Shown here: piece after piece, positions 32,788-42,820 of the stretch
How the letters are laid out: each line of letters opens with the position of its first letter
How positions within the stretch are numbered: position 1 is the stretch's first letter
Assembly (NCBI GenBank): GCA_948468275.1
Contig: CAOKHI010000002.1
Span: 166 to 64,165 of the forward strand
Reading direction: 5' to 3'
Source of the DNA: an uncultured Clostridium sp.
GTDB lineage: Bacteria; Bacillota; Clostridia; TANB77; CAG-508
DNA length: 64,000 nucleotides
Translations under genes and position numbers: made by a program
The notes under the pieces: model-generated
Database searches by the model: none
The model's input: only the letters and a program-made list of their open reading frames with translations
Told to the model about the DNA's origin: nothing

Positions 32788-34155
32788 ATGAATCATATAC
32801 CAGTAGAAAAAAATAAGGAATATATTGTAGATATCTTAGATAATGGATATGAAGGTGAAGGAATAGCTAAAATAGATAATTACACAATTTTTGTACCAGG
32901 TGCAATAAAAGATGAGAAGGTTAAAATATTAATTATAAAAGTGAATAAGTCATATGGATATGCTAAAATAATTGAAATATTAGAAGAATCTAATATTAGA
33001 ACAACTGTTGGTTGTGAAAAGTACAAACGTTGTGGTGGATGTAATTTAAGGCATATTAGATATGAAGATACTTTATTATTAAAAAGAGATATTGTAAAAA
33101 ATTTAGTAGAAAAGAATTTGAATACAAATATTGAAGTTAAAGAAACAATTGGAATGGAAAATCCATATAATTATAGAAATAAAGCACAATATCCTGTTTC
33201 ATATAACAAAGCTCATGAAATAGTAACAGGAGTATATGCAAATAGATCTCATGAAGTTATTTCGGTGCAAAATTGTAAAATACAAAAACCAATTTCAGAG
33301 CAGATTGCAAAATTTATTATTGATTTTATGAAAAGAAATAATATTTCAGCATATGATGAGAAAACACAAAAGGGAATTGTAAGACATATTGTAACAAAAG
33401 TTGGAATTTTTACAAATGAAATAATGTGTATAATAGTAGTTAATAATCCAAAACTTCCTAAAGAGAAAGAATTAGTAGAAGCTTTATTAAATAATTTTAA
33501 AAATATAAAGACTATTGTAAAAAATATAAATATGAAAAATACTAATGTAATAATGGGAAAAGACAATGATGTATTACATGGAGATGGATATATAAAAGAT
33601 AAACTTGGAAAATACACATTTAAAATTTCTCCATTATCATTTTATCAAATTAATCCTATACAAACAGAAAAATTGTATAATTTAGCAATTAAAAGGGCTA
33701 ATTTAAATAAAGATGATGTAGTACTAGATTTATATTGTGGAATAGGAACAATTGGCATTTTTATAGCAGATTACGTAAAAAAAGTATATGGAATAGAAAT
33801 AATTCCACAAGCAATAGAAGATGCAAAAGATAATGCAAGATTAAATAAAGTTCATAATATACAATTTTATTGTGGAGATGTAGAAAAGGTTTTAGGTAAA
33901 ATATTAGAAAAGGAAAATATAAAGCCAAATATAATTTTTGTTGATCCACCACGAAAAGGACTAGATAAGAATACAATACAAAATATTTTAAGCATTAGAC
34001 CAAAAAAGGTTGTTTATATTAGCTGCAATCCTGCTACTTTGGTAAGAGATTTAAAGGAAATAGAAGATATATATGAAATTAAATCGATAGAAACTATAGA
34101 TTTTTTTCCATTTACATCACATGTGGAAACGATTTCTGTTTTAGAACTAAGATAA
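32788..34155 (+). CDS. rlmD: 23S rRNA (uracil-5-)-methyltransferase RlmD/RumA family
   Basis: TRAM domain, Cys cluster CEKYKRCGGC, SAM motif DLYCGIGT, DPPRKG, catalytic ISCNP. Confidence 0.88.
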   Translation: MNHIPVEKNKEYIVDILDNGYEGEGIAKIDNYTIFVPGAIKDEKVKILIIKVNKSYGYAKIIEILEESNIRTTVGCEKYKRCGGCNLRHIRYEDTLLLKRDIVKNLVEKNLNTNIEVKETIGMENPYNYRNKAQYPVSYNKAHEIVTGVYANRSHEVISVQNCKIQKPISEQIAKFIIDFMKRNNISAYDEKTQKGIVRHIVTKVGIFTNEIMCIIVVNNPKLPKEKELVEALLNNFKNIKTIVKNINMKNTNVIMGKDNDVLHGDGYIKDKLGKYTFKISPLSFYQINPIQTEKLYNLAIKRANLNKDDVVLDLYCGIGTIGIFIADYVKKVYGIEIIPQAIEDAKDNARLNKVHNIQFYCGDVEKVLGKILEKENIKPNIIFVDPPRKGLDKNTIQNILSIRPKKVVYISCNPATLVRDLKEIEDIYEIKSIETIDFFPFTSHVETISVLELR

Positions 34156-34323
34156 ATCTTGAAAGCATTGATATTAATAAGATGTATTGCTGAATTTAAA
34201 ATATAGATTAATAAAACAAAGAATTAAGGTAATAATATAAATAAATAGTATATGGCAAATATATAAAATTTTGAAAGAAAGGGGAAATAATCTGTATTTT
34301 TATAACTTTAATATATAGATTAT

Positions 34324-35110
34324 ATGTATAATATGCAATTAGCAATAGGTTTATTAATACCTTTTTTAGGAACTACTTTAGGTTCAGCAATGGTATTCTT
34401 AATGAAAAATAAAATGAATATAAAATTCGAAAAATTACTTTTAGGTTTTGCCTCAGGAGTAATGCTAGCTGCTTCAATATGGTCTTTAATTATACCAGCT
34501 ATAAATATGTCTGAAGAACAAGGAAATATAGCGTGGATTCCAGCTAGTATAGGTTTTTTATTTGGAATTATTTTTTTACTTGCTTTAGATTGTTTAATAC
34601 CTCATTTGCATTTAAAAAGTAACAAACCAGAGGGAATAAAATCTAAATTGAAAAAAACAACAATGATGATGTTTGCAGTGACTCTTCATAATATACCAGA
34701 AGGAATGGCAACTGGAGTAATTTTTGCAGGGGCAATGATTGGGAATACAGGGGTAACAATAGTTGGTGCTTTTATATTAGCAATTCGGACTTGCTATACA
34801 AAATTTCCCAGAAGGTGCAATTATTTCAATGCCTTTAAAAAGCCAGGGTGTATCTAAGGGAAAAGCATTTTGGTATGGAACTTTATCAGGAGTAGTTGAA
34901 CCAGTTGGAGCAATTATTACAATATTACTTACAAATGCAGTTGTATCAATACTTCCATATTTATTATCATTTGCAGCAGGTGCTATGATTTATGTTGTGG
35001 TTGAAGAATTAATACCAGAATCTCACAATGGAGAACACTCAAATATTGGAACAATAGGAGTGGCATTAGGCTTTGTTATTATGATGATATTAGATATAGC
35101 TCTTGGATAA
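34324..35110 (+). pseudogene. zupT: ZIP family zinc transporter ZupT, frame broken by one extra C at 34786
   Basis: ORF 1 ends ...GAFILAI. The +1 frame continues GLAIQNFPEGAIISMPL...YVVVEELIPE (ZIP signature). Confidence 0.85.
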
Positions 35111-35143
35111 AATAAATATATTTTATTTTTTTAATAAAAGTAT

Positions 35144-35200
35144 TGACAGTTGAATATATATTCACATATAATATAGAAGAGTTGAATAATTATTCAACTC
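35144..35200 (+). promoter_or_regulatory. cad operon promoter with two ArsR/SmtB-type palindromic operators
   Basis: TTGACA 35144-35149, TATAAT 35167-35172, palindrome tgaatatatattca 35151-35164, perfect 22 bp palindrome gagttgaataattattcaactc 35179-35200. Confidence 0.65.
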
Positions 35201-35224
35201 TAATCTAAAATAAGGAGGAATTAA

Positions 35225-35587
35225 ATGCCAAGGAATGAATTTATATGTGATTGTAATGTAATTCATCAAAATGTAGTAGATGAGACAATAAATAATATGC
35301 TAGAAAAAGATACATTTAATAAATTAGCAGAGTTCTTTAAAATTCTTGGAGATACCACACGTGTAAAAATATTATTTGCTTTAGATAAAAATGAAATGTG
35401 TGTGTGTGATATTGCAAATGTTTTAGGAATGAGTAAGTCTTCTATTTCACATCAATTAGGAACATTAAGAAGAAGTGGAATTGTTAAATGTAGAAAATCT
35501 GGTAAAGAAGTTTTTTATACATTAGATGATGACCATATAAAAAAAGTATTTGAAATAGGTGTAGAACACATAGAACATAAAAAATAA
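35225..35587 (+). CDS. cadC: ArsR/SmtB family metalloregulator (CadC-like)
   Basis: N-terminal Cys pair, MCVCDIANVLGMSKSSISHQLGTLR wHTH, adjacent to a P1B ATPase. Confidence 0.8.
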   Translation: MPRNEFICDCNVIHQNVVDETINNMLEKDTFNKLAEFFKILGDTTRVKILFALDKNEMCVCDIANVLGMSKSSISHQLGTLRRSGIVKCRKSGKEVFYTLDDDHIKKVFEIGVEHIEHKK

Positions 35588-35603
35588 AAATTTGGAGGAA
35601 ATT

Positions 35604-35825
35604 ATGAAAAGTAAGTTTAGAATTGAAGGATTAGACTGTGCAAATTGTGCAAATGATTTAGAAAGAATTATACAAAAGTTAGATGGTGTAGAAAGTGTTA
35701 ATATAAGTTTTATGACACAAAAAATGATACTAGAATATGATGAAATGCGAAAAGATGAAATTATACAAAATGTAAAAAAAGTTATAAAAAAAGAAGAACC
35801 AGATGTAGAAATACAAGAAGCTTAG
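35604..35825 (+). CDS. heavy-metal-associated (HMA) domain protein
   Basis: GLDCANCA metal-binding motif, ferredoxin-like size (73 aa), GGAGG RBS. Confidence 0.75.
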   Translation: MKSKFRIEGLDCANCANDLERIIQKLDGVESVNISFMTQKMILEYDEMRKDEIIQNVKKVIKKEEPDVEIQEA

Positions 35826-35837
35826 GAGGCTGTTATC

Positions 35838-37682
35838 ATGAAGAAAAAAGGATTTAAAATTATAATAGCTACAATACTAACTTTAATTTCATTCATAATT
35901 GATTTTAACAATGATTGGATAAAAAATATACTATTTATTATTTCTTACATTATAGTTGGATTTGAGATTGTAAGAAAGGCAATAAAGAATATTATTAGAG
36001 GAAAAGTTTTTGATGAGAATTTTTTGATGACAGTTGCAACTTTAGGAGCATTTATAATTGGAGAATTTCCAGAAGCAGTAGCTGTTATGCTATTTTATCA
36101 AATAGGAGAATTATTCCAAAACTATGCAGTAAATAGATCTAGAAAATCAATTTCGAATTTAATGGATATTAGACCTGATTTTGCAAATGTACAAAGAGAT
36201 GGAAAAATTCAAAGAGTGGATCCTAATGATGTGAAACTTGGTGAAACGATAGTGGTCAAACCAGGCGAAAGGGTTCCATTAGACGGTTTTGTAATAGAAG
36301 GAAAATCAAGTCTTGATACGAAAGCTTTAACAGGAGAAAGCTTCCCCCGTGAACTAACAAAAGGAGATGAAGTATTAAGTGGTTGTGTAAATTTAAATGG
36401 TGTAATTAAAATAGAGGTTACAAAAGAGTATGGAGATGCTATAGTAAGCAAAATATTAGACTTAGTTGAAAATGCAAGTAGCAAAAAATCAAAGTCAGAA
36501 AACTTTATAACAAAGTTTGCAAGATATTATACACCAGTAGTAGTTATAATAGCATTAATTCTTGCCGTTATTCCACCACTTGTTATAAAAGGTGCAATGT
36601 TTTCAGATTGGTTATATAGAGCTTTGTCATTTTTAGTAGTATCTTGTCCTTGTGCATTAGTTATTTCTATACCACTAAGCTTTTTTGGTGGAATAGGTGG
36701 AGCTTCTAAAATAGGAATTTTGATAAAAGGAAGTAACTATTTAGAACAATTGTCTAATACTGAAATAATTGTATTTGATAAGACAGGAACATTAACAGAA
36801 GGGGTTTTTGAGGTACAAAGAGTTAAAGCAATAGGAATAAGTGAAGAAGAATTACTAAAAGTTACAGCATATAGTGAATATTATTCAAATCATCCAATAT
36901 CTGTATCTCTTAGAAAGTCCTATGGCAAGGAAATTGATGAAAAACAAATAGTAAAAATAGAGGAATTATCAGGTCGTGGAATTTATTCTATAATTGGTGA
37001 GAAAAATGTTTTAGTAGGAAATGAAAAATTAATGAATGAAAACCAGATTGAATTTGCAAAATGTGATGATGTAGGTACTATCTTATATGTGGCAATAGAA
37101 GGAAAATATGTAGGATATATATTGATATCAGATAAAATAAAACAAGATTCAATAAATACAATTAAAAGCCTAAAGAAGAATAATATTAAACAAACAGTAA
37201 TGTTGACAGGAGATAGAAAAAATGTAGGAGAAAATGTAGCAAGAGAATTAGGATTAGATAAGGTTTATACAGAATTATTACCAGATGGAAAAGTAGAAAA
37301 AGTAGAAGAATTACTAAAAGGAAAAAGTAAAACTGGTAAGCTAGTATTTGTAGGAGATGGAATTAATGATGCACCTGTTTTAGCTATTTCTGATATAGGA
37401 ATAGCTATGGGAGGTTTAGGAGCAGATGCAGCTATAGAGGCAGCTGATATTGTAATTATGACTGATGAACCTTCAAAAATAGTAAAAGCTATTGATTTAT
37501 CCAAGAAAACGATGAGAATTGTAAGAGAAAATATATTATTTGCTATTAGTGTAAAAATATTTGTTTTAATATTAAGTGCACTTGGAATAGCAACTATGTG
37601 GGAGGCAGTATTTGCAGATGTAGGAGTATCTTGTATTGCTATTATAAATGCTTTAAGAATATTAAGGGTAAAAAATAAATAA
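35838..37682 (+). CDS. cadA: Cd/Zn-type heavy metal translocating P-type ATPase
   Basis: TGES, CPC (SCPCALV), DKTGTLT, GDGINDAP. Confidence 0.9.
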   Translation: MKKKGFKIIIATILTLISFIIDFNNDWIKNILFIISYIIVGFEIVRKAIKNIIRGKVFDENFLMTVATLGAFIIGEFPEAVAVMLFYQIGELFQNYAVNRSRKSISNLMDIRPDFANVQRDGKIQRVDPNDVKLGETIVVKPGERVPLDGFVIEGKSSLDTKALTGESFPRELTKGDEVLSGCVNLNGVIKIEVTKEYGDAIVSKILDLVENASSKKSKSENFITKFARYYTPVVVIIALILAVIPPLVIKGAMFSDWLYRALSFLVVSCPCALVISIPLSFFGGIGGASKIGILIKGSNYLEQLSNTEIIVFDKTGTLTEGVFEVQRVKAIGISEEELLKVTAYSEYYSNHPISVSLRKSYGKEIDEKQIVKIEELSGRGIYSIIGEKNVLVGNEKLMNENQIEFAKCDDVGTILYVAIEGKYVGYILISDKIKQDSINTIKSLKKNNIKQTVMLTGDRKNVGENVARELGLDKVYTELLPDGKVEKVEELLKGKSKTGKLVFVGDGINDAPVLAISDIGIAMGGLGADAAIEAADIVIMTDEPSKIVKAIDLSKKTMRIVRENILFAISVKIFVLILSALGIATMWEAVFADVGVSCIAIINALRILRVKNK

Positions 37683-37712
37683 AAGAATTGAAACAGCAAA
37701 ATAGATATGTAA

Positions 37713-37914
37713 TGATGTGTGGAGATGGAATAAATTATAGTCCAACTTTGATAACATCAAACTTGGCATTAATGTGAATACTGAGACAGATTTAGCAATA
37801 GTGTTATTTATAAAACTTGGAATTACTATAAATCCTATGATTGCAAGTCTTGCTATGATGTTTAGTAGTATAACTGTAATTTTAAATGCATTAGGGTTAA
37901 GAAAAATAAAATAA
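37713..37914 (+). pseudogene. relic of the 3' end of a second P-type ATPase
   Basis: Degenerate MCGDGINYSPTL (cf. GDGINDAPAL) with stops, then ...MIASLAMMFSSITVILNALGLRKIK* typical of the last TM helix. Confidence 0.5.
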
Positions 37915-37915
37915 G

Positions 37916-38731
37916 ATGGAGGATATGATGAATAAGTTAATAGTTTTAGGAACTGGGAATGCAATGGTAACTAAATGTTATAATACATGTTTTGCTATAT
38001 TTAATGGTAATGAATATTTTTTGATAGATGGAGGTGGAGGAAACAATATTTTGTCTATATTAGAAAACAAAAATATAGATATAGCACAAATTAGAAATAT
38101 ATTTGTTACTCACTCACATACTGACCATATATTAGGTATTATATGGATTTTAAGAAAAATTTCACAGATGATATTACAAGAAGAATATACTAAAAATGTT
38201 AATATATATTGTCATAGTGAGCTTATAGAAAAGATAAAAACTATTTGCAATTTAACTTTTCAACACAAATTTACAGATTTATTTGATAAAAGAATTATTT
38301 TTAAAGAAGTAAAAAATGATGAAAAACAAATTATTATGAATAAACAAGTTACTTTTTTCGACATATATTCAACAAAAGAAAAACAGTTTGGTTTTTCTAT
38401 TAATTTAGAAGACAACGAAAAATTGACATGTCTAGGAGATGAACCATTAAATGATTTATGTAAAAAATATGTAGAAAATGCTACATGGCTATTATGTGAA
38501 GCATTTTGTATGTATAAAGATAAAGAAAAATATGAACCATACAAAAAGAATCATAGTACTGTAAAAGATGCAGCAGAAATTGCACAACAATTAAACGTAA
38601 AGAATTTGGTGTTATGGCACACAGAGGACAATGACTTGATTAATAGAAAATTTAATTATACAAATGAAGCAAAACAATATTATAGTGGTAATATATTTGT
38701 TCCCAATGATTTAGAAGAAATTAAGCTATAA
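37916..38731 (+). CDS. MBL-fold metallo-hydrolase
   Basis: HSHTDH zinc motif, 271 aa. Confidence 0.75.
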   Translation: MEDMMNKLIVLGTGNAMVTKCYNTCFAIFNGNEYFLIDGGGGNNILSILENKNIDIAQIRNIFVTHSHTDHILGIIWILRKISQMILQEEYTKNVNIYCHSELIEKIKTICNLTFQHKFTDLFDKRIIFKEVKNDEKQIIMNKQVTFFDIYSTKEKQFGFSINLEDNEKLTCLGDEPLNDLCKKYVENATWLLCEAFCMYKDKEKYEPYKKNHSTVKDAAEIAQQLNVKNLVLWHTEDNDLINRKFNYTNEAKQYYSGNIFVPNDLEEIKL

Positions 38732-38793
38732 TTAAAGTAACAAATATAAAACTTCTTTCATAAGATATACAAAAAATGAAGGGAGTTTATTTT

Positions 38794-38946
38794 ATGGATT
38801 ATGAAGTAATGATGAATGGAAATGTTAGAATAGGAATGTATGCACCTGATTTTGAAGCCCCATCTACGATGGGAAATATATGTTTAAATGATTATAAAGG
38901 AAAATGGATAGTATTATTTTCCCATCCACGGTGACTTTACCCCCGT
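38794..38946 (+). pseudogene. peroxiredoxin (1-Cys/Prx6-like), fragment 1 of 3
   Basis: MDYEVMMNGNVRIGMYAPDFEA...KGKWIVLFSHP|GDFTPV. Extra C at 38929. Ends at the attL core gactttacccccgt (38933-38946). Confidence 0.85.
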
Positions 38947-39116
38947 GTAACCCTAATGTTAGAAACAAATCAGCAAAATTTAGATATACCAAAGGTTTGG
39001 AGAAGATTAAATAATTGTTAAAATGGAACGAATTGCAAAAGCAGTTTGTTCTTTTTTTACACATTTGTATAAATCCTTATATTAAATTAAAATCAATATT
39101 GAAAGGTAGGTAATGA

Positions 39117-39503
39117 ATGATAGAACTAAAAAATGAATATGTTGATAAAAGAACAGGAATAACTTATGTATTGAAAGGGGACTATTACTACCCTAATCTA
39201 TCAATACCAAAAGATACAAATTTTACTATTGGAAGATATGGAAAAGCACATATAAGATATATAAAAGAGAATAAGAGGGTATTATATACAGACTTATTGC
39301 TAGACGGAAAGCTAAACAATTATTTACATTCAATAGATGAAAAGTGCAAAGAACTTTTAGAAAGCATAATAACAAAACTAGCTAAAAAAGAAAATGTTAC
39401 AGAAGAGTTAAAAGCAAATCATCAGTTAGAATGGGTTGCTAGAATGAAAAATATTAAGCAAAGAGCAGAAGAAATAGTTTATAATGAGTATGTATATAAC
39501 TAA
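39117..39503 (+). CDS. tnpV: TnpV-like transposon protein
   Basis: GRYGKAHIRYIKENKRVLYTDLLLDGKLNNYLHSIDE...VTEELKANHQLEWVARMKNIKQRAEEIV matches the TnpV pattern as I recall it. Confidence 0.65.
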   Translation: MIELKNEYVDKRTGITYVLKGDYYYPNLSIPKDTNFTIGRYGKAHIRYIKENKRVLYTDLLLDGKLNNYLHSIDEKCKELLESIITKLAKKENVTEELKANHQLEWVARMKNIKQRAEEIVYNEYVYN

Positions 39504-39638
39504 AAACAAAAATTTAATACAAAGGAAATACATAGCCTTATATTTAATGCAAAAGCATTGATATAGGGTTTATTTTTTTACTAACTGAAAGAGCAATATA
39601 CTTTTTCAGCTAGTAAAAGGAAAGGAGGTTAAAATCAA

Positions 39639-40673
39639 ATGCAAGAGTTACAAACAGTTGACGCAGAAAATTTATTATACAATCCATTAGAGCAAGTAAA
39701 GTATATTATTGATGAGATTTTACCAGTTGGACTACATCTATTTTGTGGTGCATCTAAAATAGGTAAAAGTTGGTTAATGCTAAAAATATGTTTACAAGTA
39801 TCAAAAGGCGAGCCTATATGGGAATTGAAAACACAAGAAAGTGATGTTTTGTATTTGTGTTTAGAAGATACACTGGCAAGAATACAAAATAGACTATTTA
39901 AAATAACAAACGAAGCAAATAACAAACTACATTTTGCTATATCTACAAATAGAATATCAAACGGATTAATAGAACAATTAGAAAACTATATAAAGAAATA
40001 CCCACAAACAAGACTTATAGTAATTGATACATTGCAAAAAGTAAGAAACACAAGTAATGATATTTCATATGCTAGTGATTATGGCGATATATCAAAACTA
40101 AAAGACTTCGCAGACAAAAACAAAATAGCAATAATAGCAGTTCATCATATAAGAAAACAAGGCGACAATGATGTGTTCAATAGAGTTTCTGGAACAAATG
40201 GGATAATGGGAAGTGCAGACACAACTTTTATACTAGAAAAGAAATCGAGAACAGAAAGCACAGCAACATTATATATAACAGGTAGAGATGTAGAATATCA
40301 AGAACTTGTTTTGAGATTTAATAATTGTGATTGGGAACTTATTAGTAGAGCAAATCAAACAGAATTAGAAAAAATGGCAACACCACAAGCTATATTTAAA
40401 GTTATAAACTTTATGGAAGATAAGAACGAATGGCGAGGTAGTGCAACAGATTTATTAAAAGAATTACAAGAAACAGAAATAGCACCAAACATTATTACAA
40501 AGATATTAAATGAATATCACTTTACAGAGTTAAGAAATAACAATATTTCATATAGCTTGTATCGTAATAAAGAAGGCAGACAAATTATATTAACAAAAGA
40601 TGACAATGATGACAGTAATGACAGCAATATTGGGATACCCCCTGTAATTGACACTAGACAAAAGTCATCATAA
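39639..40673 (+). CDS. RepA/AAA_25-like ATPase
   Basis: Walker A GASKIGKSW, Walker B LIVIDTL, acidic DDNDDSNDS tail. Confidence 0.7.
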   Translation: MQELQTVDAENLLYNPLEQVKYIIDEILPVGLHLFCGASKIGKSWLMLKICLQVSKGEPIWELKTQESDVLYLCLEDTLARIQNRLFKITNEANNKLHFAISTNRISNGLIEQLENYIKKYPQTRLIVIDTLQKVRNTSNDISYASDYGDISKLKDFADKNKIAIIAVHHIRKQGDNDVFNRVSGTNGIMGSADTTFILEKKSRTESTATLYITGRDVEYQELVLRFNNCDWELISRANQTELEKMATPQAIFKVINFMEDKNEWRGSATDLLKELQETEIAPNIITKILNEYHFTELRNNNISYSLYRNKEGRQIILTKDDNDDSNDSNIGIPPVIDTRQKSS

Positions 40674-41026
40674 TAATTTTTTTTAGAAAGGAAAGTGAAA
40701 TTTTATGAAATTTATAGACAATGAACACAAAAGATTTTATAACGAAAAAATGTTACAAGTGCCATATCAAGATAGTTATAATAGGAGTTTAATTTATTTA
40801 ATGGTTGTGCTAATGATAACCCAAGATATAATACAATGAGCAAAGAATATAGCATATATAATTTATTTTGCACATCTGGTGCATTATATTTTTTTGAAGC
40901 AATAAAATTAAGATACCCAGAATATACAAAAGAAAAAAATCATGAAAGAGATGTGAGGTAATTCATAAAAAATAAATGATAATAGGGGTATATCAAAAAT
41001 GTCGTCATCACTGTCATAACTGTCAT
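40599..41026. repeat. imperfect 43 bp inverted repeats bracketing a 341 bp segment
   Basis: gatgacaatgatgacagtaatgacagcaatattgggataccccc (40599-40642) vs the reverse complement of 40984-41026, about 80% identity. Confidence 0.7.
40705..40961 (+). pseudogene. DUF6075-like protein, frameshifted/shortened
   Basis: MKFIDNEHKRFYNEKM... in one frame. ...LYFFEAIKLRYPEYT (family-typical C-terminus as I recall it) in another. Confidence 0.4.
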
Positions 41027-41150
41027 CATATATTTATCTACAAGTGTAGCGAGCATAGGTTTTGTGTCGCACCCAAAACCGACAACTACGTTGAAAGGGG
41101 AAAAATCCCCTATAACCCCTATCCGAAAATGTGAAAGGAAGTGAAAATTT

Positions 41151-41459
41151 TTGAAAGAAAAGATTGTAGATTTACACGTAAGAGTTAGTGAAAATGAAAA
41201 GAAAAAATTGCAAAGAAATGCTAAAAAAAGTGGTTTAAGTTTATCATCTTATTTAAGAAAAGTTGGACTAAAACAAGAAATATATTCTATACCAGATAAA
41301 GAGTTTTACAAAATATATTTAGACATTTGTAAAATAAAAGATAACATTTATAAGCTAGAAAAAGAAACAATAATAAAATGTTTAGATGTAGTGGAAAAGA
41401 AATTCTTAGAGCTTTATAATTCAAAAAGTAAAGGTGGTGATGATATTGGCAACAACTAA
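41151..41459 (+). CDS. mobC: MobC-family relaxosome accessory protein
   Basis: RHH-like VRVSENEKKKLQRNAKKSGLSLSSYLRKVGL, immediately upstream of the relaxase. Confidence 0.7.
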   Translation: MKEKIVDLHVRVSENEKKKLQRNAKKSGLSLSSYLRKVGLKQEIYSIPDKEFYKIYLDICKIKDNIYKLEKETIIKCLDVVEKKFLELYNSKSKGGDDIGNN

Positions 41460-42819
41460 AATATGGGCAGTAAAAGACAGTTTATCACGAGTAGTTGATT
41501 ATGCAAGTAACCCAGAAAAAACAAAATTTAATGACTTAAAACAAGTATTAAAGTATGCAGAAAATAGGGATAAGACCATTGATGAAAATGAGCAAACTTT
41601 ATATGTAACAGGAGTAAATTGTAAAGCCGAAACAGCCTTTGAAGAAATGAAAAAAACACAAGAAAAGTTTGGAAAATGTACAGGAAATATTGCATATCAC
41701 GCATATCAAAGTTTTAAAACAGGAGAGGTTACACCAGAACTAGCACACGAAATCGGAGTAAAACTTGCAAGGAAAATGTGGAGAGAACATCAAGTAATAG
41801 TTGCAACACATTTTAACACAGGCACATATCATAATCATTTTGTAGTGTGCAGTGTAAATATGTTTACAGGGAAAAAGTTTAATTGTAACAAAGGTGCATA
41901 TTATCGTTTTAGAGGTTTATCAGATGAATTATGTAGCGAAAATAATCTAACAGTTATTAAGAATCCAAAAGGAAGAACCCCAAGAAATATATATTTTGCA
42001 GAAAAAAGAGGAGAGCCTACAAAGTATAATCTAATGAGAAAAGCAATAGATGAAACACTAGAAATGTGTATAAGCTATGCACAATTTAAGAAAGCAATGT
42101 ATAAAAAAGGTTATATTATAAATGATGACCCAAACCGAAAATATGCTACTATTCGTTCAATAAATGATAAAAGAGTAACAAGAATGTACCAACTAGGAGA
42201 AAAATATACACCTAAAAATATTGCAGATAGAGTCTTCAATAACCCTTATTATGTGCAAGAACAGTATTATAAATTTATAAAACCTAGAAATACATATAAG
42301 AAAAATAAAGTATATATGTTTAATGGAAAATTCAAAGATATAAGTAAAATTACAGGGCTTGAAGCTCTTTTTTTATTGCTATTTCACTTATTAGGACTAT
42401 ACCCAAAAGGGCAACAATGTAGACAACCATTATCGCCAGAAATGAAACGAGAAGTAAGGAAAATGGAAAGGTATTCTAATGAAATTAGGCTAATAGCAAA
42501 AGAAAAACTAAAAACAATAGATGATGTCAAACAGTATATTTCACAGACTGAAAAGAATATTGTAGAAGTAAATGGCATAAGGCAAAAGTACAGAAACAAA
42601 TTAAGAAATTGTAAAGATGATGAGTTAATAAAAGAATACAAAACCAAAAGAGATGAATGCACAACAATTCTAAAGGATTATAGAAATAGCTTGAAAGTTG
42701 CTAATCAAATTATCGAAGATGATCCAAAAATCAAAGAAGTAATAAGAATAGAAAAACAAACAAGAAATGAAGAATTGCAACAAACGAAAACAAAATATAA
42801 AAATAAGGAAGTGAGATAA
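41446..42819 (+). CDS. MobA/VirD2-family relaxase
   Basis: (M)ATTKIWAVK... N-terminus. Histidine triad HFNTGTYHNHFVV. Coiled-coil C-terminus. Start at TTG 41446 or ATG 41440. Confidence 0.8.
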   Translation: MATTKIWAVKDSLSRVVDYASNPEKTKFNDLKQVLKYAENRDKTIDENEQTLYVTGVNCKAETAFEEMKKTQEKFGKCTGNIAYHAYQSFKTGEVTPELAHEIGVKLARKMWREHQVIVATHFNTGTYHNHFVVCSVNMFTGKKFNCNKGAYYRFRGLSDELCSENNLTVIKNPKGRTPRNIYFAEKRGEPTKYNLMRKAIDETLEMCISYAQFKKAMYKKGYIINDDPNRKYATIRSINDKRVTRMYQLGEKYTPKNIADRVFNNPYYVQEQYYKFIKPRNTYKKNKVYMFNGKFKDISKITGLEALFLLLFHLLGLYPKGQQCRQPLSPEMKREVRKMERYSNEIRLIAKEKLKTIDDVKQYISQTEKNIVEVNGIRQKYRNKLRNCKDDELIKEYKTKRDECTTILKDYRNSLKVANQIIEDDPKIKEVIRIEKQTRNEELQQTKTKYKNKEVR

Positions 42820-42820
42820 A

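Noticed and set aside
38864-39064. 66 aa minus-strand ORF, and the 53583-53771 + strand ORF.
   Set aside because: The first spans the attL junction and is antisense to the prx fragment. The second overlaps the prx 3' end and its terminator. Neither has an RBS.
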